A stretch of 44,710 nucleotides of DNA from contig JANLWD010000118.1 of the NCBI GenBank assembly GCA_031364345.1, forward strand, positions 1 through 44,710, written 5' to 3'. The DNA is from Sphingomonas sp. GTDB taxonomy: Bacteria > Pseudomonadota > Alphaproteobacteria > Sphingomonadales > Sphingomonadaceae. The notes under the pieces were generated by a model. That model saw only the letters and a list, made by a program, of their open reading frames with translations, ran no database searches and was not told where the DNA came from. Position 1 is the stretch's first letter; every line of letters begins with the position of its first letter. The translations under genes and the position numbers were made by a program. Below are positions 1 through 8,872 of this stretch, in pieces.

Positions 1-2
1 TC

Positions 3-248
3 GGCGGGTTGCCGCTGTGGTTCGTTTGGGTGCAGGGAACATTGTTCATTTGCCGGTTAGGGGTGCTGATCGGCATCAACGGCTCTTACGCAGGCCGTGC
101 CTCGAGTTTCTGGCTTTCACCATTGCTCGATGTGCCGGTCGCGCTGCGGTTGCTATTCGCTCAATTTCAGCGGCGGCTGGTGTGGCGAGGGCGGGCATAT
201 ATTCGCACCCGCGATGGCACGATCACTGCGGTTACGGGGTCTGAGTAG
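3..248 (+). CDS. 3' end of a membrane-associated family 2 glycosyltransferase (CruG/carotenoid GT-like C-terminus); partial, runs off window start
   Basis: Frame open from position 3. Tail RLGVLIG...FWLSPLLDVPVALRL...VWRGRAY resembles the FWLSP..D and WRGRxY endings of GT2 membrane glycosyltransferases. Confidence 0.55.
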   Translation, partial: GGLPLWFVWVQGTLFICRLGVLIGINGSYAGRASSFWLSPLLDVPVALRLLFAQFQRRLVWRGRAYIRTRDGTITAVTGSE

Positions 249-519
249 CCGTGGAGTTGAAAATCTATACATGTTTCTACGCTACATTTTTTTAACACTA
301 TCAGTTTTTTAGACTGAAGTTTGTCAGGATAGGAATCGTGCAGGATGGGGCCGAAAGTAGTCCCTGCCGGAATTAACTATGAATTCTCCTGCTTCCGACG
401 GCATATCGGCGGTTTTATCAATCACCGGTCGGTTGCAACAGCTGCCGCTTGTTCGTGACCATATCGATCATGGCTGTGACGTTCGGGGGAAGCTCGTGGG
501 TATGACTGAAACTTCATTC

Positions 520-1266
520 TCAGCCGACATCGCCAGGATCCCAGAACAACGCAAGAGTAACAGCGGCAAGCACAGCCGCTTTGCGTTGCGCCTTATCGTT
601 CGGCAGGATCGCTCGTCGCGACGTTCCCCCCGTCAATTCCAAAGCGCCGACCGTTTGCCCGTAATTGCCGAGCATGACATAGCCTGTGGCGTCGGCATTG
701 GTCACGTCAGCTTCTGCGATGCCATGCCGCGTTTGCAAAGCGAGCCTCGTCCCGAAAATGGTAATCTCGCCTTTGCGACCATCAGCATAGCTCGCACGAC
801 CGTCGGGATGCGCCGAAAGATGGAGAGTCCCTGCCTCGCGTCCGTCGATCCGGTATCGGCAGGTTACGCGCAGGGGCTCCAAGGGTCGGGCGAGCGTTAC
901 ACGGCCGACTGCCGCACGCTCTTCTTCACGGGAATAAGTGCAGCGCGCTTCGGCCCGTCCGCCGAGGTCGGCGCGCGAGATTTCGAAAGCCATTCGTCCA
1001 TAGCGCGCGGCATAACCATCTTGCACAAGATCGAAATTAGAGCCGATGCCATCCGGGCCCCATCCGATCGCGTCGCTCAAGGCAATGCGACGGACGCTCC
1101 CCTGACTGTCCCCAACGCGAAAACTGCCATTCATCCAGGCAGGAACCGCGCTGATGTCAACGCGCTCAACGCCGTCCTGCGCGGCGATCTTCTCGAAACC
1201 TTCCATTGTGGCCGTCGCACAACCAGCGAGCTGCATCGCCAGGCCAACTATCCAGATCTTTTGCAT
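520..1266 (-). CDS. Hypothetical lipoprotein (248 aa)
   Basis: Internal ATG at 1266 of ORF 520..1758, preceded by GGAGG. MQKIWIVGLAMQLAGC is a signal peptide with LAGC lipobox. The longer upstream extension overlaps the + strand gene. Confidence 0.7.
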   Translation of the reverse strand: MQKIWIVGLAMQLAGCATATMEGFEKIAAQDGVERVDISAVPAWMNGSFRVGDSQGSVRRIALSDAIGWGPDGIGSNFDLVQDGYAARYGRMAFEISRADLGGRAEARCTYSREEERAAVGRVTLARPLEPLRVTCRYRIDGREAGTLHLSAHPDGRASYADGRKGEITIFGTRLALQTRHGIAEADVTNADATGYVMLGNYGQTVGALELTGGTSRRAILPNDKAQRKAAVLAAVTLALFWDPGDVG

Positions 1267-1438
1267 TTCCGCCCTCCCGCAGCCGAACCGTGCCATCCGA
1301 TACAAACAATGAGCGCGACGTGAACAGCTCAGTAGTCGTCGCAATGGCGCTGGCCAGAAGTCAGCCATCCGTTCAATTGCGCTTCGTGTCTCGCAGGAAC
1401 GAATTGATGATTCCGCCCATGATGCTAGAACTGCGCGC

Positions 1439-2095
1439 ATGACAAAGCTTCTTCTCGTGATCCTCGCTTCTGTTGCCGTTCTCGCTTCGCCGAGCGTCGC
1501 GCAGGAAAGCGAAGCGGGAAAAGGCATGGTGCTTGTTGGAGTAGCCGGTGACGCGCTGCCCGTGCTGACCTGGCGCGAGTTCGATCCGGCTACCGGAAGG
1601 CTCAAGCCATTCGAGGTCACGAAGAACGTGGTGTCGGGTGCCGGGCGTGCGCTCTCAGAGGTGTTCGGCGGGCTTGGCAGGCTGGGACGCAGCGACAAGC
1701 GCTTTGCACCAAATGCTGCCGGTATCAGATACGTGATCGTCAGCCTTAAGCCAGGCACATATGTCCTCGAAGCGTTGACGCTCGGACGGCGGCGCGCTGT
1801 CTTCGCTGGACAAGTACCCGTCGTGCGAATTGAGGCGGGTCAAGCAACCTATGCTGGCGACTATGCGATCTCGATCGACAAAGGCATCGGCGGCGTCGCT
1901 ACCGCCAAGGGCGGATCGTTGGTCGGAGCGACAAGCTTCGTCGCCATTTTTCCTAAAGTGACCGACAGGGTGGTCAACGAAGGCAGCGGCACCGCGACGC
2001 TCAACTGCCTGGGAAAGCCGGTCGCCTTTGCAGATCAGATTGTTTGCGATGCCGACCAATCGCGCGTCAACAGCATCACTTTCAACGGTAGCTAG
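1439..2095 (+). CDS. Hypothetical exported protein (218 aa)
   Basis: MTKLLLVILASVAVLASPSVAQ is a Sec-type signal peptide; beta-rich body with a C-terminal Cys pair; no family recognised. Confidence 0.7.
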   Translation: MTKLLLVILASVAVLASPSVAQESEAGKGMVLVGVAGDALPVLTWREFDPATGRLKPFEVTKNVVSGAGRALSEVFGGLGRLGRSDKRFAPNAAGIRYVIVSLKPGTYVLEALTLGRRRAVFAGQVPVVRIEAGQATYAGDYAISIDKGIGGVATAKGGSLVGATSFVAIFPKVTDRVVNEGSGTATLNCLGKPVAFADQIVCDADQSRVNSITFNGS

Positions 2096-2145
2096 CTCCG
2101 GAGGCTTCAGACGGGATGTGCAGAGGCCAAGACAAGTCTACTGCA

Positions 2146-2487
2146 ACTTTTCGCCAAGGCATGATGATGGCGCTTCACGTCGGTCTGCGACGGCCATGTC
2201 AGATTGCGGCGATTGTAGGCTATTCGGGAATGTCGACTGGTGATGATGAGCTTTCTCATTTGCCAATGACCAAACCGCCGGTTTTGCTCGTGCATGGCTC
2301 GGTGGATCCAATCGTGCCTGTTACAGCTCTGAACGGCGCAAAAATTGAGCTCGAGCAACTGGGTATCGACGTGACAGCGCATATTTCGACCGGTGTTGGA
2401 CACACCGTCGATCCTATCGGCCTGCGAATGGGCGGAGAATTCGTTGCCAAAGCAATGTTTGATCAACGCTGCAGCGGCGTCGACTGA
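2146..2487 (+). pseudogene. 5'-truncated phospholipase/carboxylesterase (alpha/beta hydrolase, YpfH-like) remnant
   Basis: TFRQGMMMALHVGLRR...IVGYSG...PPVLLVHGSVDPIVP...GVGH matches the C-terminal half of this family. The GFSQG nucleophile motif reads TFRQG and the N-terminal half is absent. Confidence 0.7.
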
Positions 2488-2610
2488 GCTGGGGGCTTGA
2501 GCGAGCATTCCGGTCACCACGGAACATCCGGCGTAAGTCATGTCTGCGTCGGCGGTTAGGCGCCAGTACTCACGAGCAAGGCGGTCCGTATTACTGTTGG
2601 CGCAACCAAA

Positions 2611-2628
2611 CTGACACCGCACCGTCAT
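2611..2628 (+). promoter_or_regulatory. Candidate PHO box (PhoB site)
   Basis: CTGACAC-CGCA-CCGTCAT versus consensus CTGTCAT-N4-CTGTCAT (2 and 1 mismatches), about 50 nt upstream of the receptor start. Confidence 0.4.
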
Positions 2629-2677
2629 AGTCATGCTGCACCTGCGAACGCGTTCAACCCCGACGCGGAGTTTTTTC

Positions 2678-4987
2678 ATGCGCATGACCGTCACACTCGC
2701 TCTGATCCTTGCATCGACCGCGAGCGTTCCCGCTGTTGCGCAAAGCGCGCCTGACGCAGCCGAAGATAACAGCGAGGTCATCATCGTCACCGCGCAAAAA
2801 CGCGAAGAAAAGCAAATCGACGTGCCGATCACCCTGAGCGCGGTTTCGGGCGAACGGATGCGCACGCTTGGTATTTTCGATCTCGATGAACTCGCGTTCT
2901 TCGTGCCCGGCCTGAACATTCAGGAGCAGAGCGCGAACAATCCCGGCATCGTCATTCGCGGGATCACGTCGGACAGCGGCTCGGCGCAACAGGCTCCGCG
3001 CGTCACGCTATATTATAACGGCGTCGATATCAGCCGGTCGCGCGGTTCCTATCAGGACATTTACGATGTCGAGCGCGTCGAAGTCGTCAAAGGTCCGCAA
3101 GCGACCTTGTTCGGCACCGCATCGGCCGTCGGTGCGATCAGCATCATCTCGGCGCGACCAAAGCCCGGTTTTTCAGGCGAGTTGACGGCCGGGATCGGCA
3201 ATTTCAATCAGCGGCTGCTGAGCGGCCACGTCAACCTCGGCAACGACCAGATCGCTGGTCGCGTCGCGTTCGCGTTCAAGAAGCGCGACGGCTATGTCAA
3301 CAATCTCGCGCCCGGACAGGACGACCTGAACGGGCAAAACCAGCTCGGCATTCGCGCATCGCTGCGCTTCATGCCGAGCGATGATATCAGCGCCGATCTG
3401 ATCCTCACCTATGACCGTCAGCGCAATCCGGGCACGGCATTCGTGTCGCGCGCGCTGCCCAAAGCATCGGGGCCGGGCAATCCCTTTGGCGACGCGTTCC
3501 TCGGGGGCTCGCCCTTGTCCGCGACTGTACTCGGGCTGCCCAAGCTCGGTCTTAAGCGCGACGTTTATGACGTCAATTATACCGTGAACTACCAATTCGC
3601 CGACGATTGGGTGCTGACGATGGTCAATGGCTACCGAAAATTCGATTCGCTCGAAGTGTTCGATGCCGACGGATCAGCGGCCTGGTATCTCGAATTCGCC
3701 GAGCTCGCGAAGGGCGATCAGTTCAATCATGAGACACGCTTTGCCTATACCGGCGACAAATTCCGCGGCTCATTCGGGGGAAACTTCTTTCATGAAAACA
3801 GCATCCAGCGCGTGCCGTTCTCGTCGGAAGAAGGCACCTTCATTCAGTGCGCCACACGTCGCCTTGCCCAAGCGCCCTTTAACCTGAACGTTCCGTGCGT
3901 CGCGGCAAATGGCACGGTGGGTGCATCGGTCGCGACCGGGTTGCTGACCGGCGGTGCGGCAACCGTTTTGCCCTATCAGTCGGTCTTCGAAAACTTGGGC
4001 CGCAACGATAGCTATTCGGTATTCGCTGATGCCACCTGGATCCCGACGCCCGTGCTCGAGATCACGGCTGGCGTTCGCTTCCTGATCGAGAAGCGAACGT
4101 CTGGCTTTTTCGCGCGCGTGCCGCGCACAGTCATCGGGAATGGCGCATCGCTGATCCCGGGACAGGTCGACACGCGCGGTCAGACGTTCCGTAACGCCGA
4201 CAGCTTCAGCGCGATCCTGCCGCGTTTCAATGTGCTGTATCGGATTACCGATGGCTTCAATGCCTATGCCACAGTGTCGAAGGGGCGGCGTTCACCCGTC
4301 GTCCAGCTTGATGCGCAGTCGACAACGGCGGGTCCGGTTGCGCGCAACAATTCGGTGCTCGACGAAACAGTCTGGAATTACGAAGTCGGCCTGAAAGGAT
4401 CGTCGGGCATGTTTTCGGGATCGATCGGCGCTTATTATCTGACATATGATAATTTTCAGGTCAGCGTGATCCAGCCCAATGGCACAACGCTGACGCAAAG
4501 CGCGGGAACGGCGACGAACAAAGGCATCGAAGCCGAAATCAGCGTTCGGCCGTTCAGCTGGTTCACAGCTTTCGGCAACATCGGTTATATCGACGGGGGC
4601 ATCGACAATACGCCAACGATCGCCGCCAATTTTCGCGGTGCGAAATTCCGCTTGCAGCCCGAAGTGCAAGCATCGGGCGGGTTCACCATCGACGCTGATA
4701 TCGGCGGCGGCTTCCGCGTATTCGCGACACCGACAGTGACGTATCGCAGCCGGTTTTTCTTCGAAATCCCGAACAATCCGCTGATTGCGCAGGGGCCAGT
4801 GACGCTGGCGAACATTCGCGCGGGCGTCGGCTTTGGCGAGCGTTTCGAAGTGGCGGGGTTCGCGCGCAACATGTTCGACACCGATTATCTGCTCGATGCG
4901 GGCAATACCGGCGGGGCGTTCGGTATTCCGAGTTTCATTCCTGCCGAACGGCGTCTCTATGGTGTTCAGTTATCAGCGAAATTTTAA
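2678..4987 (+). CDS. TonB-dependent receptor
   Basis: GGAG before ATG 2678; signal peptide; EVIIVTAQKRE TonB box; plug motif DVERVEVVKGPQATLFG; C-terminal RLYGVQLSAKF ending in Phe. Confidence 0.95.
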   Translation: MRMTVTLALILASTASVPAVAQSAPDAAEDNSEVIIVTAQKREEKQIDVPITLSAVSGERMRTLGIFDLDELAFFVPGLNIQEQSANNPGIVIRGITSDSGSAQQAPRVTLYYNGVDISRSRGSYQDIYDVERVEVVKGPQATLFGTASAVGAISIISARPKPGFSGELTAGIGNFNQRLLSGHVNLGNDQIAGRVAFAFKKRDGYVNNLAPGQDDLNGQNQLGIRASLRFMPSDDISADLILTYDRQRNPGTAFVSRALPKASGPGNPFGDAFLGGSPLSATVLGLPKLGLKRDVYDVNYTVNYQFADDWVLTMVNGYRKFDSLEVFDADGSAAWYLEFAELAKGDQFNHETRFAYTGDKFRGSFGGNFFHENSIQRVPFSSEEGTFIQCATRRLAQAPFNLNVPCVAANGTVGASVATGLLTGGAATVLPYQSVFENLGRNDSYSVFADATWIPTPVLEITAGVRFLIEKRTSGFFARVPRTVIGNGASLIPGQVDTRGQTFRNADSFSAILPRFNVLYRITDGFNAYATVSKGRRSPVVQLDAQSTTAGPVARNNSVLDETVWNYEVGLKGSSGMFSGSIGAYYLTYDNFQVSVIQPNGTTLTQSAGTATNKGIEAEISVRPFSWFTAFGNIGYIDGGIDNTPTIAANFRGAKFRLQPEVQASGGFTIDADIGGGFRVFATPTVTYRSRFFFEIPNNPLIAQGPVTLANIRAGVGFGERFEVAGFARNMFDTDYLLDAGNTGGAFGIPSFIPAERRLYGVQLSAKF

Positions 4988-5439
4988 TTCTTATTGCAGT
5001 CTCGAAAGGCCAATAACTGCGCACAGAGCGCGAATCCTGCCAATGACGGGTCTAATTTTCTCCCACGCACCACTTCCGAAGCAAAAGGAAAGCAGCATGC
5101 TAGCGGACCGTGTTCAGCGCCAAGTGGAGGGTCATAATCCGCGAATATTCGAAACGTTAAGAGCAGAGGTTACAATCTTTGAGAGCAGACTTTCGTGGAG
5201 TTACTTTAGGGGCGGGCGCCTCGAGCCAACGCACGCGCGCAGATCGCTTAATGTCCCCACTTGAATAACACGATCAAGTGTCAGCGATTCCCACCGGCCG
5301 CACCATCCTTGCAGATCGTTAGCGGCAGTTTCAATTTGCACGGATCAGCGCAACGTGCTGGTTACCGAAAGTCGCCGCGATTAAGTCACCGGCCGCGATC
5401 ACCGCTGATTAGCTAGGGTCGCGTTACTTTCCTTTCTGG

Positions 5440-6471
5440 TCAGAACCAAAACCGAATGCCGACGACAAAGTTGGTGACGGCGGGGCCTTGGCCGGATGCA
5501 CGTGCGTAGGTTGCACTGCGTCCCAGCTTCCAGCTTTGCTCGATCCCGATGTAGGGCGCGAACTCGCGGATAATCTCGTAGCGTAGCCGCAGTCCGACCT
5601 CGACCTTATCAATACCAGCGCCGATGCCGAGGCGCGGCACATCCTGCGCTGCGAGATTGAGTTCGGCGCGCGGCTGGAGAATGAGCCGTCGGGTGATGCG
5701 TTGATCGACCTCGGCCTCGACGCGCGCCGTTACGTCGCCTCGATGCGAGACGAACAGCGCCGCGTCGACCTCGTAGAGATAGGGCGCGAGCCCCTGCACG
5801 CCGATAACGCCATAGGTGGTGTTCGGACCCTGCACATCCTGCCGGACACCGGCCTGAAGATCGAAGAAGGGCGTGATCGCGCGCGAATAGAGCGCCTGGA
5901 ACTCGGCGTCCTCAATGCGCTCGCCGAACGAGCCTTCGCCCTCGCTTTTGAACCAGAACCGGCTGGTTGGCGTGCCATAATAGCCCTGCAGATCCCAGAG
6001 ATAGCCGTTACGTCCTTTGCGCGCTTGCGTTTCCAACCGGTCGCCCTGGACCCATAAAACCGGAAAGTCGCCATGCGTCCGGCGCAGGTCGCCGCGCGAA
6101 GCACGCATCGCTTCGGCACCCCAGATCGCATCGGCGGCGCGCGGCGGGCCGCTGCCAGCTTCGGGCGGAGGCCGTGTTTCCATCTCGGGGCCCGACGAGG
6201 CAACGGCGTCACTTGCGCCACTATGGTCCATCATGCTGTGATCCATGCCGTCAACAGCCTGAGCAGAGCTCACTGACGGGGCAGGCGGCGGCATGGTGTG
6301 ACCAGCGTGCGGGTCAGCCGGGGCAGACGTTGGAAATGGAACAGGCGTCGGCGCGGGCTTCTCTGCGGGGGACGGCATCGGCATGTCGTGACCCTGATGC
6401 TGTGCCATTGCGGCAGGCGCGATCAGTGTGGTGCACAGAACGGCTGTCGACACCAACCGCCGCACGCTCAT
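5440..6471 (-). CDS. copB: Copper resistance protein B (outer membrane)
   Basis: ATG at 6471 overlaps copA stop (ATGA). His/Met-rich N-terminus (HQGHDMPM, DPHAGHTM, MDHSMMDH). CopB barrel motifs GLRLRYEIIREFAPYIG and terminal GIRFWF. Confidence 0.93.
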   Translation of the reverse strand: MSVRRLVSTAVLCTTLIAPAAMAQHQGHDMPMPSPAEKPAPTPVPFPTSAPADPHAGHTMPPPAPSVSSAQAVDGMDHSMMDHSGASDAVASSGPEMETRPPPEAGSGPPRAADAIWGAEAMRASRGDLRRTHGDFPVLWVQGDRLETQARKGRNGYLWDLQGYYGTPTSRFWFKSEGEGSFGERIEDAEFQALYSRAITPFFDLQAGVRQDVQGPNTTYGVIGVQGLAPYLYEVDAALFVSHRGDVTARVEAEVDQRITRRLILQPRAELNLAAQDVPRLGIGAGIDKVEVGLRLRYEIIREFAPYIGIEQSWKLGRSATYARASGQGPAVTNFVVGIRFWF

Positions 6472-8369
6472 GCGCCGCCCTTTGGACCCATGACCGTTAC
6501 GGTCTGCATCATGCCGCCGTGCATGTGATACATAAGGTGGCAATGAAACGCCCAGTCGCCGGGTTCGTTGGCGGTCAGGTCGAAGGTGGCGCTCGCGCCC
6601 GGCTGGACGATGACGATATTCTTGCGCGGTTGTCGCGCGGGCGACTGCCCGTTGACCAGTTCGAAGAACATGCCGTGCAGGTGGATGGGATGCGCCATCA
6701 TCGTGTTGTTGACGAGCTTCACGCGTACCCGCTCGTTCCAGGCAAAACGGATCGGCACGTCGCTGACTGCCGAATACATCCGCCCGTCGAACGACCACAT
6801 ATAGCGTTCCATATTGCCGGTCAGGTGCAGCTCGAGCAGCCGTGACGGCTCGCGCGTGTCCTTGTTCGGTTCGAGTGCTGCGAGCATCTTGTAGGTCAGG
6901 ACACGGTGGTCCACATCGCGCAGTCCGAGGCCCGGGTCCCCCATTTTATCGACCGGCGACATCGACACCATGTCGATGCCCGGCCCGACCTTGACGTCGG
7001 GCGGCAGCAACGAGGTGTCGCGCATCTTCATGCCGGCCATGCTGTGTCCGCCGCCGGACATATTCATCGTCGGCCCGGCCGCTTCGGTCGCGGCGCCCGC
7101 CAGAGCGGGATGCCCCATGGCCGCATGGTCGACCGCTGCGGCAGCGCCAGCCGCATCGACAGCAGCGCTATCCCCACCATGATTCATCGCCCCGTGGTCC
7201 ATGCCGCCATGGTCCATACCGCCTGAGCCATGGTCCATGCCCATGTCGCCCATCGTCAGCAGCGGGGGATCGCGCAACGCGGGGGCACTCGCGCGGGCCC
7301 CCGGTCGGCTGGCCAGCATCGCGAGCGCCATCCCCGATCGGTCCATCGACTCGCCGACGATCGCATAGGCATCGGCGTTTTTCGGCTCGACGATCACGTC
7401 ATAGATCTCTGCAGTACCGATCTGGAACTCGTCGACTTCGACTGGTCGGACATTCTGTCCATCGGCAGCAATGATCGTCATCGGCAAGCCCGGGATACGG
7501 ACGTTGAAGAAGCTTTGTGCTGATCCGTTGATGACTCGCAGCCTGATCCGCTCGCCTGCCTTGAACAGAAATTCCAGCCCCTCAGTCGGTCCGCGTCCGT
7601 TGGCGAGAAAAGTGTATGTCGGCGAACCGATGTCGGCGATATCGGTTGGCGGCATGCGCATCTGCGCCCACATCCTCCGCTCGGCCCCTGATAGCTTGTA
7701 ACGATCGGTCCAGCTCGTCAGCTGGCGGTTGAAATAGCCCTCGCCGGTGCGCAAGCGGCTCATGATGAAATGCGGGTCGAGCGTCGTGAAGTCACTGAGC
7801 AACAGGATGTAGTCGCGGTCATACTTGACCGGCTCAGCACCCGCAGGATCGATGATCAGCGGGCCGTAATGCCCCTGCTGTTCCTGCAACCCGGAGTGGC
7901 TGTGGTACCAGTAAGTCCCCGCTTGGCGCACCGGAAAATCATAGACGAAAGTCGCGCCCGGCTTGATTCCCGGAAAACTAATGCCGGGAACGCCGTCCAT
8001 CTGGAATGGCACGAGCAGGCCGTGCCAGTGGATCGACGTATCTTCGCGCAAATGATTGGTGACGTTGAACCGGACGTTCTGCCCTTCGCGCAACCGGATC
8101 AGCGGCCCCGGAACACTGCCGTTGACGGCACGACCGATACTGCGGCGACCCTCGACGATCCGCAGGCCGTCGCGCACCGCCAGATCGATGACCTCGCCGC
8201 GCACTTCGTCGAACCCTGCGCGAATGGTGGCGGCACCACGACGCGGCACGCCATGACCACTGTGTCCGGTGATGCTGTGCCCCTGCGCCCAGGCGGGCAT
8301 TGCGCCAAAAGCCGAAGCGGCACCAAGGCCCGCGATCAGGTGGCGTCGTGAAAGGGTCGTGTCGCTCAT
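6468..8369 (-). CDS. copA: CopA-family periplasmic multicopper oxidase
   Basis: Tat signal SRRHLI; copper motifs IHWHG, WYHSH, HPIHLHG, HCHLMYHMHGGM; Met/His-rich MDHG-repeat insertion. Confidence 0.96.
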   Translation of the reverse strand: MSDTTLSRRHLIAGLGAASAFGAMPAWAQGHSITGHSGHGVPRRGAATIRAGFDEVRGEVIDLAVRDGLRIVEGRRSIGRAVNGSVPGPLIRLREGQNVRFNVTNHLREDTSIHWHGLLVPFQMDGVPGISFPGIKPGATFVYDFPVRQAGTYWYHSHSGLQEQQGHYGPLIIDPAGAEPVKYDRDYILLLSDFTTLDPHFIMSRLRTGEGYFNRQLTSWTDRYKLSGAERRMWAQMRMPPTDIADIGSPTYTFLANGRGPTEGLEFLFKAGERIRLRVINGSAQSFFNVRIPGLPMTIIAADGQNVRPVEVDEFQIGTAEIYDVIVEPKNADAYAIVGESMDRSGMALAMLASRPGARASAPALRDPPLLTMGDMGMDHGSGGMDHGGMDHGAMNHGGDSAAVDAAGAAAAVDHAAMGHPALAGAATEAAGPTMNMSGGGHSMAGMKMRDTSLLPPDVKVGPGIDMVSMSPVDKMGDPGLGLRDVDHRVLTYKMLAALEPNKDTREPSRLLELHLTGNMERYMWSFDGRMYSAVSDVPIRFAWNERVRVKLVNNTMMAHPIHLHGMFFELVNGQSPARQPRKNIVIVQPGASATFDLTANEPGDWAFHCHLMYHMHGGMMQTVTVMGPKGGA

Positions 8370-8393
8370 GATGTCCCTTACGCGCGGCGCGCG

Positions 8394-8525
8394 TTATTCC
8401 CTCAAAAAAATCTTGCAGGAGGTCGCCGATCGTATCGGCAGCCAGTCGCTCCGCTTCACACTGATGATGTGATGATGATGAAGACCGAATGCAACACCCT
8501 GGGGTGCCGGACGTCGCGTCATCAT
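8394..8525 (-). CDS. Possible 43-aa His-rich leader ORF upstream of copA
   Basis: Translated by hand: MMTRRPAPQGVAFGLHHHHIISVKRSDWLPIRSATSCKIFLRE*, ending 24 nt before the copA ATG. No clear RBS. Confidence 0.25.
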   Translation of the reverse strand: MMTRRPAPQGVAFGLHHHHIISVKRSDWLPIRSATSCKIFLRE

Positions 8526-8872
8526 TTCGGCATTCGGGCGCCTGAAGAATGCGGTTCACCAGCCAGTTGGCATAAATCAGCGCTTTTCCGGGGATCGCGA
8601 CGAGCATCGCACAAGCTCGACGTTCTGCCATCGGCGCGATCACGACCAAAAAACCGCTTGGTTGCGCGCGACGATAGTGCCCGGTCGGACTGGACGATCG
8701 GCGCGAACGTGCCATCGCGACAACAGAACAAGGTTATTTTTTTGTTGATCCGTGCCGATTTTGGTGTTTCATTCATAAAAGTTCGAAATTTAGCAGGGCG
8801 AAAAGACGCTCAAGTTGCTTTTGGTGGCAACGGTCACCGTTCCTCGAGGTCGCAAACTCGAAGGATCGATAA

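Noticed and set aside
379-1323. 314-aa + strand ORF
   Set aside because: Antisense to the lipoprotein, which has an RBS and lipobox; no recognisable motifs.
1267-1758. N-terminal extension of ORF 520..1758
   Set aside because: Overlaps the + strand gene at 1439; better start at 1266.
2521-2545. GGAAC upstream of the first TonB-dependent receptor as an EcfG promoter
   Set aside because: No GTT at the 17-nt spacing.
6472-6798. Long N-terminal extension of copB
   Set aside because: Lies inside copA; the signal peptide begins at the coupled ATG 6471.
8522-8776. 84-aa minus ORF as a CopL/DUF2946-like protein
   Set aside because: No signal or TM segment, no CxxC spacing and no RAPP/PP terminus.
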